Below are positions 48,914 through 59,056 of a DNA stretch of 64,000 bases, piece by piece. This DNA is from Bacteroidota bacterium. Its GTDB lineage: Bacteria > Bacteroidota > Ignavibacteria > Kryptoniales > JAKASW01. Made by a program: the position numbers and the translations under genes. The stretch spans positions 288-64,287 of the forward strand of contig JAMCQL010000037.1 in NCBI GenBank assembly GCA_023381615.1, given 5' to 3'. The stretch's first letter is position 1. Every line of letters begins with the position of its first letter. The notes under the pieces were generated by a model. The model had not been told where the DNA came from. It ran no database searches and was given only the letters and a program-made list of their open reading frames with translations.

Positions 48914-49146
48914 GGGCTGGCACTATCGTTCCGCAGGAGTTGGACTCCTGGACGGATCTTCACTGCGACAGTTCAACTGTCGCAGAGCTGGAACGAGTGA
49001 CCGTCACCGACTTCACAACGGCTCTTGAAGGTGACGGTCACTGATGCACAGACCTGGAAGCTGGAAGAGGTAGATTGATTTTCAGAACATCGCTTGATAT
49101 ATTAGCACTGGTTTTTTTGTAATCTCAAACTCTACGGAGGAATTAT

Positions 49147-51060
49147 TTGCGCAAGAATCGCTTTAAGATTATCCTCATATTCGCTGCAATAGCGCTGGCG
49201 CTCTATTATCTCTACCCGACTTATCAGAGCGCAACTTATCAAAACAAATTGACCGAACTTTCTGGTCAGGCAAAATTAGAAGATTATCTTCAGTCTCACC
49301 CGCTTCCGCCGATGCCGGATTCGTCAAAGCAGGTCTATCTCGATAGTTTAACGCAGGCTTTTTCCGCCGACAGCATAAAGTATTATGATAACAATGCTAA
49401 CAGTATTGTGGACGCGAGGCTGAAAAGAATAAAGTTAGGACTTGACCTGCAAGGTGGAATGCACATCGTGCTGCAAGTGAACGTCGTGAAGATGCTCGAA
49501 GATATGGCAAAGAATAAAGACCAGACATTCGAGCAAATCATGCAACAGGTCGCTGCGCAGGCAAAGCAAACTGACACTTCGCCGCTCGAGTTGATAAGAC
49601 AGCAGTTCGACCAACGCGGCATTCGCCTCAGCCGTTATTACGGCGATATCCGAGACGATAACAATAAAGTCATGGCTTACCTGACAGATCAAACTAAAAC
49701 TGCGGTTGACCGCGCGATGGAAATCGTGAGAAACCGTGTCGACCAGTACGGAGTTTCCGAACCGTCAATTCAAAAACAGGGAAGCACAAGATTTATCGTG
49801 GAGCTTCCGGGCGTCAGCAATGAGACGGAAGTCAGAGAGCTTTTGCAGGGAACTGCGCTTCTTGAATTTAAACTGCTGAAACCGACCGACGTTGTTATAA
49901 AAGTTTTTCAGGCTATAGACAATTTACTCGCCGGGAAATCGGATACTCTTGCGTCTAAATCTGACACAGCTTCTTCCGATACCACTATGACTCCAGAGCA
50001 ATTCGCAAGGAAGCATCCGTTCTTCGCAATCGTTCGCGTCAATTCCCAGAACGGTGATGCCTATGTCGCTGAGAATGATCGCGATAGACTCGAGCGAATT
50101 CTAAAGCGCGAAGATGTCCAACGGGTTATTCCCACCGACTTCCAATTCCTTTTCAGCGCCAAGCCGCAAGTCGTAGCGCAGGGCGAAAAATTTTATGCTC
50201 TGTACGTAGTGAAGAAAGATCCGGAATTAACCGGCGGTGTTGTTACCGATGCTCAGGCGCAGATCGACCCCACAACAAACTCGCCGATTGTAACGATGAA
50301 AATGAGTTCAGAAGGTTCACGAGAATGGGCACGGATCACCGGAGCAAATATCGGAAAACGAATAGCGATTGTGCTTGACAACGCAGTTTACTCCGCGCCT
50401 GTCGTTCGGTCGAAAATTACCGGCGGGAGTTCGCAAATCGAAGGAATGGCGAATGTCGAAGAAGCGAATTTACTCGCGATTGTTCTACGCGCTGGTGCGC
50501 TTCCGGCTCCTGTGGACATAGTCGAGGAAAGAAACGTCGGGCCTTCACTCGGCGAAGACTCGATCAGGAACGGTGTTACTTCCGGTGCCATTGGTCTTGC
50601 GCTAATTATTCTATTCATGGCTTTTTACTACCGTACGGGTGGTTTCGCAGCGGACTTTGCAGTGCTTCTCAATATTTTCTTCATCCTTGGAGTCCTTGCG
50701 GCTTTCCATGGAACCCTTACATTGCCTGGTATAGCAGGAATGATCTTGACATTCGCCGTCGCAGTAGACGCGAACGTTCTCATATATGAACGCATTCGTG
50801 AAGAATTAACGACGGGCAAGACCCTAAGGGCGGCCATCGACCAAGGGTACTCGAAGGCATTTACCGCGATTTTTGATGCCAACATAATTTCGCTTTTCAC
50901 GGGCGCGATACTTTATCAGTTCGGAACCGGACCTGTGCAGGGATTTGCTCTGACACTGATGATCGGTATCGTAGCAAGTCTTTTCAGTGCAATTGTCATA
51001 ACTCGCGTCATCTTCGACATTATGGTTGAGCGTGGCGCAACACACATAAATTTTGGTTGA
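49147..51060 (+). CDS. secD: protein translocase subunit SecD
   Basis: 637 aa. ...LGLDLQGGMHIVLQV..., and C-terminal TM bundle ...LTLPGIAGMILTFAVAVDANVLIYERIREE... Confidence 0.95.
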   Translation: MRKNRFKIILIFAAIALALYYLYPTYQSATYQNKLTELSGQAKLEDYLQSHPLPPMPDSSKQVYLDSLTQAFSADSIKYYDNNANSIVDARLKRIKLGLDLQGGMHIVLQVNVVKMLEDMAKNKDQTFEQIMQQVAAQAKQTDTSPLELIRQQFDQRGIRLSRYYGDIRDDNNKVMAYLTDQTKTAVDRAMEIVRNRVDQYGVSEPSIQKQGSTRFIVELPGVSNETEVRELLQGTALLEFKLLKPTDVVIKVFQAIDNLLAGKSDTLASKSDTASSDTTMTPEQFARKHPFFAIVRVNSQNGDAYVAENDRDRLERILKREDVQRVIPTDFQFLFSAKPQVVAQGEKFYALYVVKKDPELTGGVVTDAQAQIDPTTNSPIVTMKMSSEGSREWARITGANIGKRIAIVLDNAVYSAPVVRSKITGGSSQIEGMANVEEANLLAIVLRAGALPAPVDIVEERNVGPSLGEDSIRNGVTSGAIGLALIILFMAFYYRTGGFAADFAVLLNIFFILGVLAAFHGTLTLPGIAGMILTFAVAVDANVLIYERIREELTTGKTLRAAIDQGYSKAFTAIFDANIISLFTGAILYQFGTGPVQGFALTLMIGIVASLFSAIVITRVIFDIMVERGATHINFG

Positions 51061-51102
51061 TCACGAAGTTATCCCGACAAGGTCGGGAATAGGAGTTTTT
51101 TA

Positions 51103-52089
51103 ATGCGTTTTTTCCCGAGAACTAATATCGACTTCATAGGAAAGCGCCACATTTGGTACACGGTGTCGGCTAGCCTCATACTCCTTGGATTAATCACGAT
51201 GGCGATCCGAGGATTGAATTACGGCATCGATTTCGTAGGCGGCACGGAACTGACGCTTGAGTTCAATCCGGTCGTCCACATTGGGCAAGTTCGTTCGGCG
51301 CTTGACAAGATCGGACATGGCGACGCCGAAATAAAAACTTTCGGCGCGGCTAACCAATTGCTGATACGAGTGAAAGCTTCCGAGCAGGGGGCAAATACCA
51401 GCGATCAGATAATGAGCCAGCTCAAGAGTACCTTTCCGAGCACGCAGATTCAGCTTCTGCAGGAAAACAAAATCGGACCTCAGATTGGTCAGGAGCTCAG
51501 ACGCGACGCTGTGATGGCAATTTTCTACAGCTTGATCGCGATTTTGATCTACGTTTCGCTCCGCTTCCAGTTCATCTATGCTGTCGGTGCGGTTATCGCC
51601 TTGTTCCATGATGTGCTAATTACGCTTGGCGCGGTGGCAATCTTCGGGTGGCTTCTGCCTTGGCTGAATCTCGAGATCAACCAGACGATGGTGGCTGCAT
51701 TCCTAACGCTTGTTGCCTATTCGATGAACGACACGGTCGTTATCTTCGACAGGATACGAGAAAATTCGAAAATATATAAAGGCGAAAACATGATTCGCGT
51801 AATGAACCGCAGCATCAACGACACACTTAGCCGAACGATTATTACATCCGGCACCGCTTTTGCCGTTTTGCTCGTGCTTCTAATTTTCGGCGGGGAAGTG
51901 ACAAGAGGTTTTGCTTTTGCAATGTTGATCGGTGTCATTACCGGAACATATTCTTCGATTTATGTTGCTTCTGCCATTGTTGTCGATTACAATGTCTATG
52001 TTAAGAAAGTCGATCTGCGTTTGACAGCGGCACAGTCACCAGTTTTGGAAATCGAGAAACGATATGAAGCTGCGGCAAAAAGAGCTTAA
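51103..52089 (+). CDS. secF: protein translocase subunit SecF
   Basis: 328 aa. ...NYGIDFVGGTEL... and ...AYSMNDTVVIFDRIREN... Confidence 0.95.
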   Translation: MRFFPRTNIDFIGKRHIWYTVSASLILLGLITMAIRGLNYGIDFVGGTELTLEFNPVVHIGQVRSALDKIGHGDAEIKTFGAANQLLIRVKASEQGANTSDQIMSQLKSTFPSTQIQLLQENKIGPQIGQELRRDAVMAIFYSLIAILIYVSLRFQFIYAVGAVIALFHDVLITLGAVAIFGWLLPWLNLEINQTMVAAFLTLVAYSMNDTVVIFDRIRENSKIYKGENMIRVMNRSINDTLSRTIITSGTAFAVLLVLLIFGGEVTRGFAFAMLIGVITGTYSSIYVASAIVVDYNVYVKKVDLRLTAAQSPVLEIEKRYEAAAKRA

Positions 52090-52405
52090 CGGCGGCATAG
52101 TTCTTTTCGAAATCGAAGGGAACATCGTCGGCGGGCCTGATGCCATGAGTTTGAACGACGAAGTGCACAAGCTCGTTAACAAAGGGATGAGAAAGTTTGT
52201 GATAGACGTGAAATCCGTCGAGCACATTAACAGCAGCGGGCTTGGGATACTCATTGCGAGTTTGAACGCTGTTCGTCAGGCGGGCGGCAATCTGAGAATT
52301 GCAAACGCCAGCGCGAAGGTGATAGAGCTGCTTAAGATTACAAAACTCAATCAGATTTTCGAGTCATATAGTTCTGTCGATGAGGCTGTAAAGAGCCTCG
52401 CATAA
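52064..52405 (+). CDS. STAS-domain anti-sigma-factor antagonist (orphan)
   Basis: 113 aa. ...VEHINSSGLGILIASL..., overlapping the secF end by 26 nt. Confidence 0.8.
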   Translation: MKLRQKELNGGIVLFEIEGNIVGGPDAMSLNDEVHKLVNKGMRKFVIDVKSVEHINSSGLGILIASLNAVRQAGGNLRIANASAKVIELLKITKLNQIFESYSSVDEAVKSLA

Positions 52406-53776
<1,371 letters not shown>

Positions 53777-53794
53777 ATCTTTTTGTAAGTTTTT

Positions 53795-54532
53795 TTAGAA
53801 CTCGTAAAAAGCGCCGAGCGTGAAGTCGGTGCCATTTACATTCATCTTTGCGGATAAAGGCGGGGGTAGAGAAACTCTGGCGCCCTGATATTCGGTGTAG
53901 GCCGAGTTGAAGGTTGAAGTCGTGTTGAATTCCGGAGATCTGAATTTCATTTCCCAGCGTATTCCCCAATGGTCTGTAAATCTGTAAGCAACGCCGGCCG
54001 CGGCTTGTATTCCGAAAGCTGTTGCGAGTGTTGAACTTGCTTCAGCATTTCCAATTTCCAAAGTCCTTTTCCCAAGATAAAGCGCCGGGCCGCCGCCCAA
54101 ATAAATATCCCAACTGTCGCCGCCGATAGGTACGCTGAAATATCCGTTAAGTTCGAAGAGCCACAAGTTGAAACCGTCATGCACCGGCACTCCGACATAT
54201 TCGCCTGAAGTGTTGTAGCCGTAAATGTTGTTCACGACTTGTTTCATGCTTAGCGGCTGGACGGTCAGTCCGATTGCATTTGAACTGGAGAGAATTAATC
54301 TTGCGTCGCCTCCGAATGACAGGAAGCCGCCGAAGTCGTTGTAAGAGCTTCTTATGATTGGATCTTCGTCGCGGGGAGCGGGGTAAAGGCGCGCGGAGGT
54401 CGTAAAATCACCAAATCCACCGATCTGAAACCTTTCCGTCCGCAGGAATCTGCGGACAGGATCCTGCGGAATTTCCTGTCCGCGCGCACTTGCAAATGAG
54501 AGAAGTAAAAATATTCCTACTGCAAATTTCAT
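53795..54532 (-). CDS. outer-membrane beta-barrel protein (porin/OmpA-barrel-like)
   Basis: 245 aa. Signal MKFAVGIFLLLSFASARGQE, alternating beta pattern, and a C-terminal ...LGAFYEF (terminal Phe). Confidence 0.7.
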   Translation of the reverse strand: MKFAVGIFLLLSFASARGQEIPQDPVRRFLRTERFQIGGFGDFTTSARLYPAPRDEDPIIRSSYNDFGGFLSFGGDARLILSSSNAIGLTVQPLSMKQVVNNIYGYNTSGEYVGVPVHDGFNLWLFELNGYFSVPIGGDSWDIYLGGGPALYLGKRTLEIGNAEASSTLATAFGIQAAAGVAYRFTDHWGIRWEMKFRSPEFNTTSTFNSAYTEYQGARVSLPPPLSAKMNVNGTDFTLGAFYEF

Positions 54533-56643
54533 CTAAAAATTTTGGCGCGATTGTCCTCTATCGAAGCCTTTTCTTTCAGACCCGACAGCCAATTGGTAAT
54601 CACATTTGATTTTTCTTGCTGCATAAGCTGCTGCATCATCGTCATGCGCTGAATCTTGTATGCGGTCGTGTCAAACGGCGTCTTGCTTAAAAGCTGAATG
54701 ATGAAAACTCCCATATTTCCTTTGACTGCCTGTGAAATTTGTCCGACGTTCAGCTTTGCGGCTTCCGCCATGAAATTGAAATCTCTTCCGACTCCGGGGA
54801 CAAATGTCGCCGGGCTGAACGGGCCGGTCACTGAGTAGCGCAGCCCGGAGTCAAACTGCGGAAGCTTACTCAAGCTGTCGCTCGGTGAAAGTTTTTGCCT
54901 CAACTGATTGGCGTATGTCTGCGCCATGTCAAATTGTTTTTTCCTTGTGAGAAGATTCTTGATCTGGAACGCCACTTGATCGAACGGAGTTACACTTGCA
55001 TCTTTGATCTCGCTTATCATGAAGACTGCGTAGCCCTGGTTGAGAGTCATCACTTCGCTTATGTCGCCCAACTTGCCGTCGAAAGCCCACTTTACGACAT
55101 CCTCATAATTTCCAAGACCCGGGATAATTTTTCCTTTTGTAAATGCAGGGGTTTGATTGACGTTGACATCTGCCGTATTAGCCGCTTTGTCGAAGCCATC
55201 TTGTTTTGCGAGGTAGATAAAATCTTCGGCACGCTGCTTCAGGTCGTCTTTTGTCTGCTGAGAAACCTTGATGCTCATTTTTATGTCGGCAATTTTCAAC
55301 TCTCGCGAATCTTTGCCGAGAACTTTTATGATGTGCAGACCGAACTGTGTCCTCACAGGACCAACAACCTGTCCGACGCGTGCTTTAAAAGCCGCATCTT
55401 CGAAAGGTTTTACCATCATTCCTTTTCCGAACCAGCCCAGGTCACCGCCAAGTTGTGCAGAGCCAGGATCTTGCGAATATTGCTTCGCGAGTGCGGCAAA
55501 GTCAGCGCCTGATCTTGCCTGTTTCAAAATATTGTCCGCGAGCTTGTACGCTGCTGTCGAATCCGGACCCGGTGGAACGTGGATAAGAATGTGTGCCGCA
55601 TGGATGTACTCGTTCTTTCCGTTCTGCTCATCCATGATCTTTATCAGATGATAACCATCGGATGCAACGAAAGGACCGATGATGTCTCCCTTTTTTCCGG
55701 AGAAAGCTTTTGTTTCGACCGAAGGCTCAAGCTGGCCGTGGCTTATGAACTTATCCTCGTAAGGAGTTTCGGAATATTCTTTGACGAGTTCGAGAAAATC
55801 CGTTCCGCTTCTTGCAAGAGAAGCCACGCGGTTTATTTCGCTTTGGACATCGGAAGAGTCTCCGGCGGAAGGACGCAAGGGAAGGAGAATGAATTTAAGA
55901 CGGCGTGTCGACTGTGTTCGGTAATCTTCTTGATGCGCAGAATAGTAATCGCGCATCTCCGATTCTGTGACATGAATGCCCGAATCCGGATAAAGCAGCG
56001 CCGGCTGGAACAAAACATAACCCGTATTGAGTTTTTCGTTTTGTTGGGCGAATTGCATTCTAAGTTCACCTTCAGGGATTCTGACGGCGCTGTAAAGACG
56101 GCTCGTGAGTTTATCCTGAAGCAGCTGTTCCTTTAGATAGTCCTGAACGTTTTTCCAGAACTGCTGAACTTCAGGCCTGTTCGAAGCGAGCGCCGCTTGA
56201 AGAATCTGTCTGTTGACCTGTCCGGTTGAATCTTCAAAGTTTTTCCTGATCACATCCGGAAGAGTCTCGGGGCTATTTGTTACCCAATCGACAATTTCCT
56301 GATCTGTCACGATAATGCCGAGCCTTTTGGCTGCCTGCTTTATGAGAATTTGATTGACAAGTCCATCCCACACTTGATTACGGAGCTGTGCTATCGCCTG
56401 ATCGTTCGGATCCTGTTTGGTGCTTGCCTTATAATTATCGACAGCATTTTGATAGACCTTTTCAAATTCCGGATAGGTTATTTCCTGCCCGTTGACTTTG
56501 CCGACGATATTACTTTCATATTGTCGTCCTTGTCGGCCCGTGATATTCATGCCCCATTCAAAAACGATCATAGCAACAAAAAGGACTGCAAGTCCGACTA
56601 AGATTGCGGGCATATTATCCCGCATTTTGCTCATTATTGGCAT
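54529..56643 (-). CDS. ppiD: periplasmic chaperone / peptidyl-prolyl isomerase PpiD-like (SurA-N plus parvulin)
   Basis: N-terminal anchor MPIMSKMRDNMPAILVGLAVLFVAMIVF. Parvulin core ...AAHILI...GGDLGWFGKGMMVKPFEDAAF... The ORF-track start 56694 is probably too far upstream. Confidence 0.85.
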   Translation of the reverse strand: MPIMSKMRDNMPAILVGLAVLFVAMIVFEWGMNITGRQGRQYESNIVGKVNGQEITYPEFEKVYQNAVDNYKASTKQDPNDQAIAQLRNQVWDGLVNQILIKQAAKRLGIIVTDQEIVDWVTNSPETLPDVIRKNFEDSTGQVNRQILQAALASNRPEVQQFWKNVQDYLKEQLLQDKLTSRLYSAVRIPEGELRMQFAQQNEKLNTGYVLFQPALLYPDSGIHVTESEMRDYYSAHQEDYRTQSTRRLKFILLPLRPSAGDSSDVQSEINRVASLARSGTDFLELVKEYSETPYEDKFISHGQLEPSVETKAFSGKKGDIIGPFVASDGYHLIKIMDEQNGKNEYIHAAHILIHVPPGPDSTAAYKLADNILKQARSGADFAALAKQYSQDPGSAQLGGDLGWFGKGMMVKPFEDAAFKARVGQVVGPVRTQFGLHIIKVLGKDSRELKIADIKMSIKVSQQTKDDLKQRAEDFIYLAKQDGFDKAANTADVNVNQTPAFTKGKIIPGLGNYEDVVKWAFDGKLGDISEVMTLNQGYAVFMISEIKDASVTPFDQVAFQIKNLLTRKKQFDMAQTYANQLRQKLSPSDSLSKLPQFDSGLRYSVTGPFSPATFVPGVGRDFNFMAEAAKLNVGQISQAVKGNMGVFIIQLLSKTPFDTTAYKIQRMTMMQQLMQQEKSNVITNWLSGLKEKASIEDNRAKIFR

Positions 56644-56929
56644 TTTAGGAAAGCTTCCTCTCGAACAAAGTTGAAAACTTTTGATTAAAAACAAATGCGC
56701 GGCGAAGCCTTACATCTATCAGTTTTACCCCGACGAAGATCGGGATCCTGCGGACAGAGACTTTGCCGTTTCAGCGGAAAAAATATAACCGCACGGTGCG
56801 TGAAAATCAATTTACGAGTTCTCACGCAGGTTGTTGCTCGCCAACCGTTGGATAGTCAGAAACACTCTCTTGAATATATCGGTCGCAGTAAATACATTTC
56901 GACGGTTGACGAAACGATGGAGTGAGGTA

Positions 56930-57277
56930 ATGAACCGGGAAATAGTGAAAGTGTTCCGAGCGCTCAGCGATCCGAACAGAATCCGCATTGTAAAAATGCT
57001 GGAAGAAAGAGAACTTTGCGTTTGTGAAGTAAGGGAAATTCTCAAACTTTCCAATTCAACTGTCTCGAAGCACCTTTCCGTGCTTCACGATGCCGGACTA
57101 ATCGCGCAATCGAAAGAAGGGAAATGGGTGAATTATCGGCTCAATTCGAAGTCGGACAATCAATTTATCGGTTCGCTCGTGAAGTTGCTTAAGGCATCGC
57201 TTCAAGAAGACGAGTCGGTTCGAAGAGATTCAGAGTTGGTGAGCCGCGTTGACAGAAATAAAATTTGTCAGGTCTAA
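56930..57277 (+). CDS. ArsR/SmtB-family transcriptional regulator
   Basis: MNREIVKVFRALSDPNRIRIVKMLEERELCVCEVREILKLSNSTVSKHLSVLHDAGLI, with the ELCVCE metal(loid)-binding motif. ATG 56930 follows GAGG. Confidence 0.9.
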   Translation: MNREIVKVFRALSDPNRIRIVKMLEERELCVCEVREILKLSNSTVSKHLSVLHDAGLIAQSKEGKWVNYRLNSKSDNQFIGSLVKLLKASLQEDESVRRDSELVSRVDRNKICQV

Positions 57278-57350
57278 TTCCGCGACGTCATTTTGCCAAC
57301 TCCGCAGCGGTGAAGCAAAATTGTCAATTTGAAAAACAAGGGGATGAAAA

Positions 57351-57620
57351 ATGATCATCAAGATTCTTGGTTCCGGTTGTCCCAACTGCAAGACTCTGGA
57401 GCGTCGCGCGATTCAGGCGGCGGAGGAACTCAACATCTCAGCAGAGTTCAAGGAAGTCCGGGATTTTAAGGAAATCGCTTCATACGGTATTATGCGTACT
57501 CCGGGACTCGCGATAAACGAGAAAGTTGTGTCAGCCGGATACGTCCCGAAAGTTGATGAGATCAAGGCGCTTATTTTGGAACATGCCAGTCAGGAAGATA
57601 CTTCTAACAAAGTCCAATGA
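57351..57620 (+). CDS. thioredoxin-fold 'redox-active disulfide protein 2' family protein
   Basis: 89 aa. MIIKILGSGCPNCKTLE... Confidence 0.85.
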   Translation: MIIKILGSGCPNCKTLERRAIQAAEELNISAEFKEVRDFKEIASYGIMRTPGLAINEKVVSAGYVPKVDEIKALILEHASQEDTSNKVQ

Positions 57621-58630
57621 TGAAAATAAAATCTTACCAGCAGGCTTTTCTGTTTGTCGTCGCGTGGGTAATTGTCTATGCTTTTCTTGAGCCTTCGGTA
57701 AATTTTTTATTTTCGCATTTCCCGCTTGAGCGAGGGAAGCGCCTAACGGAAGCGATCTATTTTTTCGTCTATGAAGCGCCGAAAGTTCTTCTTCTGCTTA
57801 CGATTGTTGTTTTTGCCATAGGAATTGTCCGCAGCTATTTCTCGCCGGAAAGGACGCGACGCATGCTCGGGAAGAGATCGCCGCTTATCGGGAATGTAAT
57901 GGCAAGTACGCTCGGCATCGTAACACCTTTTTGTTCGTGCTCGGCTGTTCCACTCTTCATCGGCTTTGTCGAAGCAGGAATCCCGTTGGGCGCCACTTTT
58001 TCTTTTCTCATTGCCGCGCCGATGATAAATGAAGTCGCTGTTGTTCTGCTCTTCGGACTTTTCGGATGGGAAACTGCCTTCATCTATGTAGCCACCGGAC
58101 TTGTCATTGCAATCTCTGCCGGATACGTTATAGGTAAATTGAAAGTCGAGCGGTTTGTTGAGGATTGGGTTTATGCGATTAAAGGTTCGGATGCTGCTTT
58201 TGAAAGCAAGGTAACTTTTGATGACAGAATTAGAGCCGGTTTTACCGCAGTGAAGGACATTGTCGGGAAAGTCTGGCTTTATGTTTTAATTGGGATCGCA
58301 GTAGGTGCTGGAATCCACGGTTATGTGCCGCAGAATTTCATGGCGAGCATCATGGGCAAATCTGCCTGGTGGGCTGTGCCGGTGTCGGTGCTGATCGGAG
58401 TTCCACTTTATTCCAATGCGGCTGGAATTATTCCGATAATGCATGCGCTTTTGGAGAAAGGCGCATCGCTTGGAACCGCTCTCGCATTCATGATGTCCGT
58501 CATCGGGCTTTCTTTTCCCGAAACGATAATTCTTCGAAAAGTCTTGAAGCCGCAGCTCATAGCAATCTTCGTCGGCGTCGTTGCTGTTGGAATTATTATC
58601 GTCGGTTATCTCTTTAATTTGATTTACTGA
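57617..58630 (+). CDS. COG0701-type permease (ArsP-like, vicinal Cys motif)
   Basis: 337 aa, multi-TM, with TPFCSCSAVPLF. The start overlaps the upstream stop (ATGA). Confidence 0.8.
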   Translation: MMKIKSYQQAFLFVVAWVIVYAFLEPSVNFLFSHFPLERGKRLTEAIYFFVYEAPKVLLLLTIVVFAIGIVRSYFSPERTRRMLGKRSPLIGNVMASTLGIVTPFCSCSAVPLFIGFVEAGIPLGATFSFLIAAPMINEVAVVLLFGLFGWETAFIYVATGLVIAISAGYVIGKLKVERFVEDWVYAIKGSDAAFESKVTFDDRIRAGFTAVKDIVGKVWLYVLIGIAVGAGIHGYVPQNFMASIMGKSAWWAVPVSVLIGVPLYSNAAGIIPIMHALLEKGASLGTALAFMMSVIGLSFPETIILRKVLKPQLIAIFVGVVAVGIIIVGYLFNLIY

Positions 58631-59056
58631 CTTGATGAACGGCTGCGGGACGAAATCAAAGAATGCTTCTTTGAATTTTATAGAAACTATATTGCCGTAA
58701 CCGAGAAATAGGGATTATCCCGAAAAACACATAATGTAATATAGCACACCGATGACACGGATTGTACAGATTCTCGCTGATTTTTTATTTCATTCTTTTT
58801 CATCTGTGGTGATCTGTGTGTTTCTCCCGTCAAAATGTTTTATATGTCGGGATGGCGCAAGTCGAAGATCCCGCTTGCGGGGGCGCTCATGCGTTTTCCG
58901 TGTGCTAATTCTGTCTTTGTCGATTCTAATGCAAGACTCGGGATTATGGTTCGGCGCGTATTTGCGTTTGAATGAAATCCGTGGCATTTCCCTTGAGCAG
59001 AAGGTGTTCAATTAACCTTGCTTTACTTTTGATATGGTATTAACTTTTTTACCAAA

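Noticed and set aside
54895-56136. Plus-strand ORFs 54895..55512, 55268..55651 and 55579..56136
   Set aside because: They are antisense to the well-supported ppiD-like gene.
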